From Zygnema circumcarinatum SAG 698-1b (lineage: Eukaryota > Plantae > Zygnematophyceae): a DNA stretch of 64,000 bases. The notes beneath the pieces are model-generated. The model did not search any database and was not told the DNA's origin. It was given only the letters and a program-made list of their open reading frames with translations. Positions within the stretch are counted from its first letter, which is position 1, and each line of letters begins with the position of its first letter. The stretch spans positions 1,831,361 through 1,895,360 of the forward strand of contig CM074805.1 of assembly GCA_037447605.1 (NCBI GenBank). Reading direction: 5' to 3'. Made by a program: the position numbers and the translations under genes. Positions 1 through 11,500 of the stretch are shown piece by piece.

Positions 1-473
1 TTCATGAGAGCTTCCGCGCATGTACTTTGCTTGACTCATGATCACCTCACAACAGTACATTAAGGATAGGTCAGCAGAAGAGTGGTAGTTGTGTTTCGTG
101 TGACCACGTCGTTATGTAGCCACAGGTTGTTTTCTAATCAATTCAGGGGAGGTGTGGCATCTGAATGTCATCAGTCATGAACAGTTTCAAAAGTACACAA
201 TCTGAAGCAAGGGGAAGAATACATTAGAAGAATTTGTGCCTTTATTCATCATGTTTCCAGATAAAGGATGAATGATCACCTTCTTAACGGAGCAGTCGTC
301 ATCTTCTAAGTTAACCCGATAAACCTCACTCCAATTGCAATTTCTGAGGAATTAGGTTAATTACGTTAGTTTGCATCGAAGCCAGCGACCATTTCAATTG
401 TCACATTCATGGTGTCAGCAAGCCATCGGATCTTTATGTTCGAGGCTTGACTGGTTCATTGATGTGGATGCAG

Positions 474-1029
474 TTTGTTGCGGACCCAAGATTTGAGGAG
501 GTTAAGGAATACATTAGATCGGGAGTGTTTGGCAGCTACGACTTTGACCCCCTTTTGGGCTCCTTGGAGGGTAATGAGGGCTATGGCCGCGGTGACTATT
601 TCCTGGTTGGAAAGGACTTCCCTGCTTACATTGAGTGCCAGGACAAGGTGGACGAAGCCTACAGGGACCAGGAGGTGAGAAATTCTCCTCGGAGCTCAGC
701 ACGCCTCCTTTCCTTGTTTCGTTCCTTGTTTCGGTTTACGATTATGAAATGGAAAATATGAACCGTCAGCCATTCCACCTGTAGCAAAGTTTTTCTATCA
801 GTAATTATTCTGAAGAATCCGTCAAGGAAAAAACCAGTACCAGTAGGTTCTCGCTATGTTAATACGATCGTCTTTGTTCTTGAATCTGACACGTTGCTTT
901 TGCTGTACACAGAGATGGGTAAGGTCATCAATCTTGAACACAGCCAATTCCGGAAAGTTCAGCAGTGATCGCACCATCAAGCAGTATTGCGAGGAAATCT
1001 GGGGCGTTACGGCCTGCCCTGTGCCCTAG
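474..1029 (+). CDS. PHS2: Alpha-glucan (starch) phosphorylase, last two exons (474-674, 913-1029); 5' part lies outside the window
   Basis: [20 protein letters not shown]...[28 protein letters not shown] spliced GT-AG to [38 protein letters not shown]. The ACPVP end resembles the cytosolic isoform, but the isoform call is tentative. Confidence 0.93.
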
Positions 1030-1691
1030 ACAATTCAGGTGACCACGATGAATCTCAGCTCCAAGGGGTCGATTGGCTCTACCTGACGATAAATATATTT
1101 TCTTGATGGAACAGAACAAAACGGATGTTAGAGCATGACTGTACGGTGTATTTGACTTGGCAACATAGCTCGTAGCGCAGGTGCTCTCAGTGCACCTGTG
1201 GCTATTGCATGCCGTGGCTCATTCCGCAGGGAATTCAAAATGCTGTCTCAGCTCATACAGTAGTGATGGCCTCCTCAGTTGAGGATATGGATGGCAGGAA
1301 CAACACGTCGTTATAGAAGAAAGCCACGGCATCTGTGGAACTAGTCAGATTTTTTTGTCTCGCACTTTTCTGGGGAGGGAGGGGGATATCCATTGTATGG
1401 GCATATTGTTTAAAAATCTATGTCTGGAAATTCTTTACGTTGGAGGAAGTATTTTGGCTTTCTAGGAATTATTTGTTGTGAACTTGTCTATTCCAATGCC
1501 TGTCCGTTCCAGTGTCTGTTCCAAAGTTTCTCTGTTCCAATATCTACCTGTTTTAATGAAGGCGGCAGGAACTGACTCAGGCGATATTGGCAACCTCCTC
1601 TAGAAGCCGCGACGTGCCCATAGCTTTTTTTTCGTTCCTAGGTCATTTTTGTGACCGGTTCTCCATATCCCGGGCATGTAACTTTCGACTG

Positions 1692-2016
1692 TGTACATCT
1701 GATGGCATTGCCACTGTGATATTGACGCTAGCTTAGGTTCTTTGGCAAGGTAAAAAAAAAAAAGTGATGGTCCAAAAGTCTTCTAGTCTTCGAAAAAAAA
1801 TGGCTTTTTAATTACTCAACCATCCTTTCTCCTTTTTTTCGCTGAATGCACTGTCACCATTACTCGTCACACATGCCACGTGAAGACAAGCTTGCTGACA
1901 TTACCTTACCCCAAGCAGCCACCCTACCTTGCTCATGCATAACCTGTGCATAATTTAATGTGTTTCAATCGGACCAGTGGCATTGATCTCACGATGGCAA
2001 TGCCATCAAGTGCACA
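1692..2016. mobile_element. Degenerate MITE-like element with ~39-bp imperfect terminal inverted repeats
   Basis: TGATGGCATTGCCA (1700-1713) is the exact reverse complement of TGGCAATGCCATCA (1995-2008). Pairing extends over 1692-1730 vs 1978-2016 with mostly transition mismatches. A related fragment sits at ~40409-40445. No clear TSD. Confidence 0.5.
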
Positions 2017-2895
2017 TGAACAAAATCAGCATGGGGAACGACGAGGGGTCCAATTGCACACACGCAGATGGCAGTAACGTGGTCTTGCCCAGTACGGTAA
2101 CACCAACAACAAACAATGTATCTGATGGGCAAAATCAATTGTAACGTGTGCAATGTTTTGCGTTTTGCCTGCCAAGGGATGGTGAAGCAGCTGCGGCCAT
2201 GCAAGCATGCATACAACCGAACAGAAACAGAGCACGAACAGAAAAGAGTTAGCGAGCAGACATTGCCAAACGATATACGGTACTGCAGCTTCCTGGAAGG
2301 AAGCTGAAATATACATTTGTAGAACATTAACACACGGATTGTAGGGACACACAATCCTAATTTTATATACATTACAAACCTGCCAAACGGAATAACAGAA
2401 CTACGATAGTATAATCCTCCTACCATACAATACATGATCCTCCTACCCACTTACAACCTTTGTGAACATATGCCCCCTAAGTTGTTCGTAGTGCTCCTCT
2501 TGTATCCTTCAGTTCTCCACTCTGAGCGTTCACTTTAGAACTTGAGCAGGCCATGCACCGACTTCCATCCCTTTTGCAAATGGAATCCCCATTTGAATGG
2601 AACTGGAACCTCAATTCTTCCACATCGGTCAAGACCTCCTCGTACGTAGGCCCTCGTGTGCAAACAGATATAAACATGATTACCCTTCCACACTAAGTAG
2701 GGAATGGTCCACCTTAAATCTCAACAGGACCTAACCAACCACAAAAACAAAAGCCTCGGAGACACCCATGGTCGCTTACCATCCAAGAGCAAAGGTCTAG
2801 ATCCTTTCCTATCTCGCATCCACAGTCTCCACTCTGATAAAATAATGTGAGCGGATATACCTTTGAGCGAAAAATTCGCACGTTTTAAGCGCAAT

Positions 2896-5800
2896 TTAAT
2901 ATGATGCAGGCACAGAAAGCGGATCTGCCGACGAAGCGGAACCGTTTCCTGTCAACAGAGGCACCTGGACATGTGGGAACTCCGCATTACCGCCGAAGAA
3001 TGCACCTTCATTAATCACAATCGCGGCTGCCTTCACCAGCAGGTCTTGCTGTGCAGCATAGAACTTCGCCGACGACTGCCCAGACAATCCCAAATGCAGA
3101 GTCAGGCCGAGTCGGCAACGGCAAGCATTCTACAAAAGCGTCTATAAGTGCATAGCAGAGAAAAGGTTCGAGTGCCTTGTAATACCATGCTTTTGGCGGT
3201 TGCTTTCAGCTCCAGTATGAGGTTGTTGGAGCCGAGAGACTTGAGGTAGCACACGGGTTTACTTATCACGGTGTCGAGAGTATTCTGCTGAAGCATCATC
3301 AGTGTGATCTTTGAAGTGATGGCACCAACTCGCAGAATGTCCTCATTGCGGAGTGCAAAGCTGGCTTCAAGATTACGATGAGTGGCTCTTGACATGTTGG
3401 TGATTACCTGCATCAGAAGATAAAATCTTTAGCACTTTATGTTGTCTTTCCCAAAATCAATCTCCCCAAAAAACCATAAGCAAATATTGCGAAATGTTTT
3501 CCTGCAGTTCCCGTCAACAACAAGCCCCTAAAATTCCCTGCTGCACCCGTTCAATGAAAATCACCATATCAGGGTAAATCTTGACGCATTCAAAAAGCAA
3601 AAGGACCTCGCGTAAAAAGGTACGAACACTTAGCAGAATCCTTCACTCCTTTACTCACCATATTGGTGAAGACCTGATTAGGCACTGTGATTTGCATCCT
3701 GTCAAATCCCTGCAGCTTGGTCTGAAAGAATCCAATGTCCTGCACTACTCCTGAGAACGACCCTGCCTGCACCACCCAACGCCCCACTTCCCACTCACAT
3801 CCAAACTGACAACCAACATCGCCGGCTTTTCCCTTTAAGCAAGTGAAAGAAATGAAGGCTCCTAGGGAGAAAACAGCAAAGAACAAAATCAAACCAAAAT
3901 CAAAATAAAACAAAAAAAACAAAATAAAAAACAACAAAATCAAAACAAAATCAAAAAAACAAAATCAAGAACAAAATCAGACCTTAATGGTCTCCCCAAT
4001 GACAAAGGGGCGAGTGAGCCACAAAACCAACCCTCCAAAAAAGTTGGTCACCACTTCCTTGGATGCCAAACCGACCGCAAGACCTGCGCATGATCCCTTA
4101 ACAATCTCAGTTTGAGCAGTGTCCAAACTCATCCTCAAAAGCGCAAAAAAGAGCAAAACAGCAGCGATGCTTTTATGAACATGGCGACATGTCATATACT
4201 GTGGCTATCCACTTGCTTAGTTGCCATCCATACCAGTGAATCCTCCAAAGGCAGCAAGAGATCGCAGTGGAACCCCTACACTCTCTGCTGCAGTAAGGAT
4301 TCCCATCACAACAAGAAATGTTGTGCTCAAGCGATCAATGGCAACGAGTCGAGGCTGGACGGAAATCACCCACAGGCAATCAGAGATGTTAGAAGTGTCT
4401 CCAGTGAGGCCGATATTTGCCATATTTAGTTAATAAACATAAAGGGGTTCGTTCCAAGGGAAGATATGCGTTTGTTCACCTTGTCAAGCTTGCTATTCCC
4501 TTCATAGCTCGATAAGATACAACTCTTCCAACCGAAGAGGCACCATGTGAGAGAACCCACAAATGCAACTGTTCGCACTTGCCCCATCAATACATTGTCG
4601 AAGGGAACGCGGACCAAAGGCAGGAAAACCCTCGCCCTGTTGACCATATCCACCAGCCATTCAAACTTAGCTCTCGCTTCTTACAATGGAAGAAGGTGAT
4701 TTGATTCAGAGCTGAAAAGGAGAAACATGGAAGAAGGTTTGTAATTGTGGTTGACTGATTTGGTTGGCCTTTCTACTGATGATATAAAAGTTTCTTTCCA
4801 ATCTTTTGGGGTCGAAATATTACAATCGCGTGATGGCAAGAATAATGGTGAAGAACTTGGTAGGTTCAGCCAGCGCAAAGAAACCCGAACGGGAATACTT
4901 TTCTTCCAATGCCTCATTATCATGCAATGCATATCTGCTCCACATCCTGCAGAGTACAAACTGGAAACACATTACAGGAGTGCAAGGATGCAAAGCAGTA
5001 ACAACGAGAAAAAACAACGCATAGCATACAACCTCATGAATGTCAAGATTAAGTTGCGAACGTTGATTGTTGTCAATTTTCCTGCATCCAAGGAACTGCG
5101 CATCCTTGCAGGCCATTTCCCCACTGACCAAGATCAAAATTGAGAACCCACCGAAAGAGGTGATAGCACATTTTATCCACGTATCGGATGACAGTCAGCG
5201 CAATCGCCAGCAGGAGAGTCTCCCGGACGAAAAGCACTGCCTGCAAGGAGCAACAGTTTGTCGACATGTCAAAGCCCGGTGCATTGTCAAGTAACATCTC
5301 AAAAGCAAAACTCATAAAAAATCTGTTGCACAACATGAGCGCACACTCACTCATCAGAAAAAAAAGGCAATTTCCCACCTCTGTCCATTTTAGCTGAGAG
5401 ATTGCTCAGCTATAAACCAAAAGCTACCTAAAAAACATCAGCCATACCTCTATACCACCACCATAGAGTGGCGGATGAATGTGCTGCATACCCTGGGAAA
5501 TGTAGGCTTCAAGAGCATATAACTCACTGAGCACAGGCAGAAATGCGTGTTCAGACGTCTCGATGCATTCCTTCCAATTTTCTTTCCTCTCAAAAAACAG
5601 CTTAGAAAAGGATTTTCCCCGCAAATCGGTGCACGCAATGGGTGTACTGTACTTTAATGACCGTCTTAAAACAAGGTTTAAGTAATTTACTCAAAAGGTC
5701 CTCCAAGTCGGGACACAGGCTTCTACTCTTTACGCCTCAAAAAATAAAACCACGCTCAAACCCGGATACGAGTGACATATGAGATAACCATATGTCACAT

Positions 5801-6745
5801 CTACATGATGCTGGTCCTTGTGACCAAGGCTGCTAACCAGTGCCTATCAGCTACTTCCCTGCATCATACATCACCAATGCCACACAAATCTTCTCGCCCG
5901 AAAAATCTGCAAAAGCAGTTTCAAGCAGCCCTTTGGACTCCCGCATTGCACCACCACTTCGAATCCTTCTCACCTCAAAGCCGCCAGGCACTCCTAACTT
6001 CACTTGTGCTCCCCATTCAGCCCTCCCTAAAGCAAGCCACTCCGTTCAAAATTCATCTCTCACCAGTGGCTCACAGCTGTGCAGCTTCTGATGCAAGCCT
6101 TCAGGCAGCCAGAAGAGCCAATCTTGCATGTCCGGCTTGCAGGTCGGGCAGGGCGGCTGCAGTTTGTGCCAAATCCAACGGCTGATATTATCCAAGAAGC
6201 TGTCCTCGGTGTTTCCCAGAAACGCGTTGACACTGGACGCGGCGGCGGCTGCTGCTGACGTTGGAGCTGCAGCAGCCTCTGTGGCGAGAGCCCCATGCGC
6301 GCCCGGAACCCCAGATGTTTGGATGGGGGATGCAGCAGCTCTCCGCGTTGAACGTGAATGGAACGACGTCCTTCTTAAGGATAGTAGAGACTTCGGGGTG
6401 AAGGTGGAGCACAGATAAATGCGGCTTTTCTGTAACAAAGGAAGGATCGAAAGTGAGGCATTAGACCTTCATCTATTCCTCTCGGTCTTCCTTCCCTCTC
6501 TCCCTTTGATGCTAGCACGAGAAGCCTCTTTCTACCTCCATCTTTGCAAGAAATAACCCTAAAATGCTCGTGCATTGCACGTGATTGCAAAACTCCGAAT
6601 GTTGCAAGAGCACGCAAGCAGCATTCCATTCCCTTCCAGCTCCACGCACCTTCCGAGAGGCATCGACAGCGACGCCTGCAGCACTCGCCTCCAAGCAGCC
6701 CGAGGCGCGCCCAGCCAGAAGGCGAGAGGAGGCGAGAGCAGCCAT
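2896..6745 (-). CDS. MSL1: MscS-like mechanosensitive ion channel, probably mitochondrial MSL1 type (multi-exon)
   Basis: Exons encode SLAAFGGFTGLAVGLASKEVVTNFFGGLVLWLTRPFVIGETIK, AGSFSGVVQDIGFFQTKL..ITVPNQVFTNMVITNMSRA and FYAAQQDLLVKAAAIV (MscS core). Ala/Ser/Arg-rich presequence MAALASSRLLAGRA from ATG 6745. GT-AG introns. Confidence 0.88.
3880..3976. repeat. Degenerate (CAAAA/CAAAAT)n low-complexity tract in an MSL intron
   Basis: Directly visible repeated caaaat/caaaa units. Confidence 0.8.
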
Positions 6746-6810
6746 GGCCGCTCAGCTGCATGCAAGCGAGGGCCTCCCTCCCTCTCTAAAGGGCTCTCAG
6801 GAAAGAAGAC

Positions 6811-6845
6811 TGCCACGTGTCGCCTTGGCACGCGCGCTGACGTCA
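6811..6845. promoter_or_regulatory. G-box/ABRE (GCCACGTGTC) and C-box (TGACGTCA) upstream of the MSL start
   Basis: CACGTG at 6814-6819 and TGACGTCA at 6838-6845, 70-100 bp upstream of the minus-strand ATG. Confidence 0.45.
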
Positions 6846-8052
6846 TCGAAAGCCCTTCTTCAATCTCCGGGCTACTGCTGACATCACCCATCAAGCGTGT
6901 GATGGTTTTATTGGCTACTTATGCCGTCATCTTAACCTTTTCGGTTTCGTACGGTCACCGAAACTGGGCTTCGACGGAAAGTTCGGGGGGAGAAAAGCTA
7001 TACGTTTTAAACCGGACGACGGTCAACCAGTCGGGTGGCGCCATGTGACGCCAAATTTGTCGTTTACGGACCCTGAGGACCCGCCTTGACTCGGGTTGAA
7101 AAAGTGGGCTCGGCTCCTAGCCGCCCTTGCCCGGGACGATATATTGAACATATCGCCCGGAAAGCTATCGCGATATATTGCGAGACATCGATTTTAGCAT
7201 CGCAGGCGCACCTTCAACGTCTGACGTCCAAAACGATGCTCGAGGGAGTTCAAGCCCCTCTAAAACCCGAAACCTCCGCAAGGCCCCTTCTGGGCACGAA
7301 CATCTCTCATAGGAATTTCCCTGCAGGAACGAACAAGTTGAAAATTTCTGTGTCTAGCTCTTAAGATTGATGAGGGGTTTAGGCACTTCCAAGTGTTTAA
7401 AGTAACTCAGAGTTTCGGAAATGTAGAGGATGTCGGGTTTCCACTCACCCTGCGAGTCCGTACAATATCAGTCAGACAAAGGCAAGCTTCGACTTCGGTA
7501 ACCCCCAACACCCATACAGTGCAAACAATGCAAATCCTACAACCCTTACTTACCACGTAGACATGCTAACATGAAGCCTTAAACCCTGATTTCCACAAAA
7601 CCTGAACCATAATCCCTAAGCATCCCACGATCTCTTCCAAACCCCGTGCGGGACGTGACATGGGCTCCCTCCCTCCCTCCCTCCCTAGACCATGAGGCCG
7701 TGCGCATGACATGGCCATGATGGCCTCATGACTTCATGAGCCACAAGCCGTTCCGTTGACGGCGGGATGTTCGCCGATATGGAAATACCGCCGGTCTGTA
7801 GCCCAAGCAACCTGCCGACCGCCAGACGGCCGACTAGATGCTCGTGGCCCACGCCTCCGTACAGTATGTACATAATTCCATTTGCGACTTCAGACCGAGG
7901 TTCGACGGCAGGCCCTGCATGAATCGCGCGTTTTACGGCCCAAGGACGGTCCGTTTGCGCCGCCCTAATCTCGGAGCGCATCGCAGCCGTCCATTTAACC
8001 CCTTTTTTTGTACTCGTGGAAAAATTCCGTGGCATGTGGCACGTGCCCGCCC

Positions 8053-8126
8053 TACCGTACTGTATCTGCAAACCTACAGTACAGTGTAGTTTCATGCCGT
8101 ACCGTACGGCATGCATACGGACGGTA
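8053..8126. repeat. Nested palindrome cluster just upstream of the telomeric array
   Basis: Perfect inverted repeat CATGCCGTAC-C-GTACGGCATG (8093-8113) inside an imperfect outer pair TACCGTACTGTAT / ATACGGACGGTA. Confidence 0.65.
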
Positions 8127-8167
8127 TGGGCCCTGGCTACCCCTTGGCGTGGGTGCCGGCGGGGGGA

Positions 8168-8497
8168 TTAGGGTTAGGGTTAGGGTTAGGGTTAGGGTTA
8201 GGGTTAGGGTTAGGGTTAGGGTTAGGGTTAGGGTTAGGGTTAGGGTTAGGGTTAGGGTTAGGGTTAGGGTTAGGGTTAGGGTTAGGGTTAGGGTTAGGGT
8301 TAGGGTTAGGGTTAGGGTTAGGGTTAGGGTTAGGGTTAGGGTTAGGGTTAGGGTTAGGGTTAGGGTTAGGGTTAGGGTTAGGGTTAGGGTTAGGGTTAGG
8401 GTTAGGGTTAGGGTTAGGGTTAGGGTTAGGGTTAGGGTTAGGGTTAGGGTTAGGGTTAGGGTTAGGGTTAGGGTTAGGGTTAGGGTTAGGGTTAGGG
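8168..8497 (+). repeat. Interstitial telomeric array (TTAGGG)55, perfect
   Basis: 330 bp of uninterrupted TTAGGG flanked by unique sequence on both sides; ends 50 bp before ATG 8548. Confidence 0.98.
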
Positions 8498-8547
8498 TGG
8501 AGAGGAGAGGAGAGGGGAGGAGAGGGGAGGAGAGGGGAGGGGCAGCC

Positions 8548-11500
8548 ATGGAGGAAGATGATGACTTTGGCGCCCTGTATGAGAATATTGGGGTTGAGGA
8601 GGGCATGGAAGCAGGGGAGGACGAGTTGGATTACGACGACAGGGAGTATGCTGGCTTGCCCGTGGGGGTCTCGGACGACGAGGATGAGGACGAAGAGGAA
8701 GAGATGCTATATGGCACTCCTGCTACAGGCCCTCCCGCTAAGAAGAGCATTCAGCCTACATTTTCCGTATCGACACCGGCATTTGTACAGGCATCTGTGG
8801 CATCGGTGGTAGGAGCAGCAGCTCCAGCAACAGCAGCAGCAGCTCCAGCAATAACAGCAGCAGCTCCATCAATAGCAGCAGCAGCTCCAGCAACAGCAGC
8901 AGCAGCTCCAGCAACAGCAGCAGCAGCTCCAGCAACAGCAGCAGCAGTTCCAGCAACAGCAGCAGCAGCTCCAGCAACAGCAGCAGAAGCTTCAGCAACA
9001 GCAGCAGCAGCTCCAGCAATAGCAGCCGCAGCTCCAGCAACAGCAGCAGCAGCTCCAGCGAAAGCAGCAGCAGCTCCAGCAACAGCAGTTGCATCCACTG
9101 GAGCACAGGATGAGGTGGCTAGGAGCTCAAACCAACAGCCCACCATACGGAGAGGGGAAGTGGAGGATGACGATGGGGAAGAAGATGATCTTTACGCGCA
9201 GCTCTACGGTGAGGCTCCTTCCTCAACTGCTACCAAGACAGAAACAGCCATGGCCGTCTATACTCTATCTTCTTCGCCTTCTCCACATTTAAGTGCCCCT
9301 GGGGTCGTCTCAGAACTTTTCTGGCCCACCAGGGCAGCATATACAGAACAAAATGCTGAAACCAGCAAGTTGCCTGGCGGCGAGAAAGTAGATTTTGCGA
9401 GAACGGCATGCGAGGCAGAAATAAGAGGCGTAGGGGGGATAGAAGCAGACGCAGCTGATAGGATTTGCAACAGGGAAGTGCAAAATGAATTCGAAACGTC
9501 TCCAAGTGGTATTGAGAATTCATTTGGGGGTAATACGACGCTTCCAGGTGCTGTTGCATCTCATAAGGACACACGAGAAGTTTTAATCGGTGAGCATCTA
9601 TTTAGAGTTGCTCGAGGTGAAAGGGAAGCAACTACAGATGGTGGATCCACACAAGAGAAGTACGAACAAAGAGCGGCTGATCAAGCTCTTGGTCAGGGTG
9701 CGCAAAGAAGTGAATTCTGCCTAAACGGTGAAAGCCAGAAAAAAAGTTTAGGAGAGGTAGTGGAAGCAACTTCGCTCTACACCCAAGATGCACTTGGAGT
9801 AAATGAAACTGTCCCAATTGGTAAAATTCGTACTGCAGACGAAGGATCATTTCAAGTCGGGCGAACTGACATATCAAGAGAAAACAATGATTCAACTTTG
9901 ACGGGTGTTGTCAGGCAGTTTAACAGTGTACATGTTAGGCAGGATGGACTGAAAGGTGAATGGTACGACAGCAATGTGGAAGACGTTGTTGAGGGCTCGG
10001 GCAAAGGAGTCCAGGAAAGTGGGATTCATGGTGAAACTGAAACCCAGGTTGACGTTGTCGGCCATACAGCAGGGAGCAGCAATGGTGTAGGTGAAGGTGG
10101 ATATGGAGTGGATCTTGAAGGACCTGGACCTGCAGGTTTAGTTGTTGAAACCGGTAGTGCTGGTCCAACTTCTGTGGAGGAATTGATTGAACAGGCGCAA
10201 GAGGGTGACATGGATTGGGTTTCGGGGTTGAAAGGAGATGGGATTGAGGCTGCAGTGGAAGACGAAGACGAGAGCGGGAGTGAGGACGACCTCCAAATTG
10301 TATTGAATGAGGAGCCTCCCCTATCATACGCCGGACGTGGCCCTTATCAGCAGATGGCCCAGCAGCAGCATCTCCACAGTGCAGCTCTGCTTGGAAGTGT
10401 GAATGAAGCGAGCGGTTTTGTGGAAGGTGAGGAGTTTGAGGACAGTGAAGATGACGACGATTTGGTTATTGTGGCCGATGAGCCACTGGCAGACGGTGAC
10501 GACCCGTGGGCCCGCAGCCAACCCCTTACAGAATCTGGCGCCGGTGGAGCTCCTAGCATGCCTTCTCTAGAGGGTGAGCAAGTTGGTGCCGTCCAAGGGG
10601 TTGCTGAACAGCGATCAACTGCATTGCTAGGGCAACCTCCAGTAGGTCCTCGGGGCGCCTTATCCGGAGCCCGCGTTGCAGGCCAGCCTGTTGTTTCTCC
10701 GTACATGAAGGTGAGGCCACAGGATTGGAATTTCGCTAATTGTAGGTTCTCAGATTTTTCTTCCAGACTCCATGAGCGCATTTTTTTGGCTTAAGCGTGG
10801 TTATTTAATGGAACTTTCTTCTCGATTTGATTAGTGCAGTAATGTCACTGTTGTTCAAAGGCCAAAAATCAGTCGGATTTCGGTGTTGCTGAATTGGCTT
10901 TCTGTATTCTTCTGGAATAAAGAAGGCTAATGGCCCAAAAAGTGTTCATCAATAACCTCCAATATTTATTTGCAAGGTTTTTTGTTTGTTACTCTTGCTC
11001 TTATCGTTGCTGTGTTAACGTGGCATGGGTGGGTTGTGAACAGTATGTGCGGCCAGGTGCCGCTAATGCCTTGACTGGCGTTACTGCCACAACAGGGCCA
11101 GCAGGTCCTGCTATTGGTGGAGCCACAGGAGAGACTGGTCCAGGCACTGCCGGTCGTTCCTCGGGTGCTGGACGCGGTGACTGGGCATGGGGTTCAGCGC
11201 AGCAGCGGCATGCGTGGGGAGGAGAGACCGTCCGGGAGTTTATGCTTCCACCGAACAAGTGAGTTGTAGAACTTTTGTATAAATGGCTGGCCTAGATTGC
11301 ATCCACTTGCCAGCATTTGGCGGCCCTCTCGGTCCCAGGCGAAGGATGCATTCAATACCTAGCTATCTGGTCTTACAGAACATGTTAGCTGAAGTTGCTG
11401 CAAAGAGGAAGTGGTACAGTTGTTAATGGCAGGAACCTTTTGTTGTCGTTTTTCTTGACGTTGGAAAAATTTGAGAGTCTTTTTTGTACGTTGTATCCAA

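Noticed and set aside
8168-8497. True chromosome end
   Set aside because: Genes continue on both sides and the G-rich strand runs into the FIP1 start. It is interstitial unless the assembly is misjoined.
8052-8606. Minus-strand poly-LT ORF
   Set aside because: Direct translation of the CCCTAA strand of the telomeric array; no other support.
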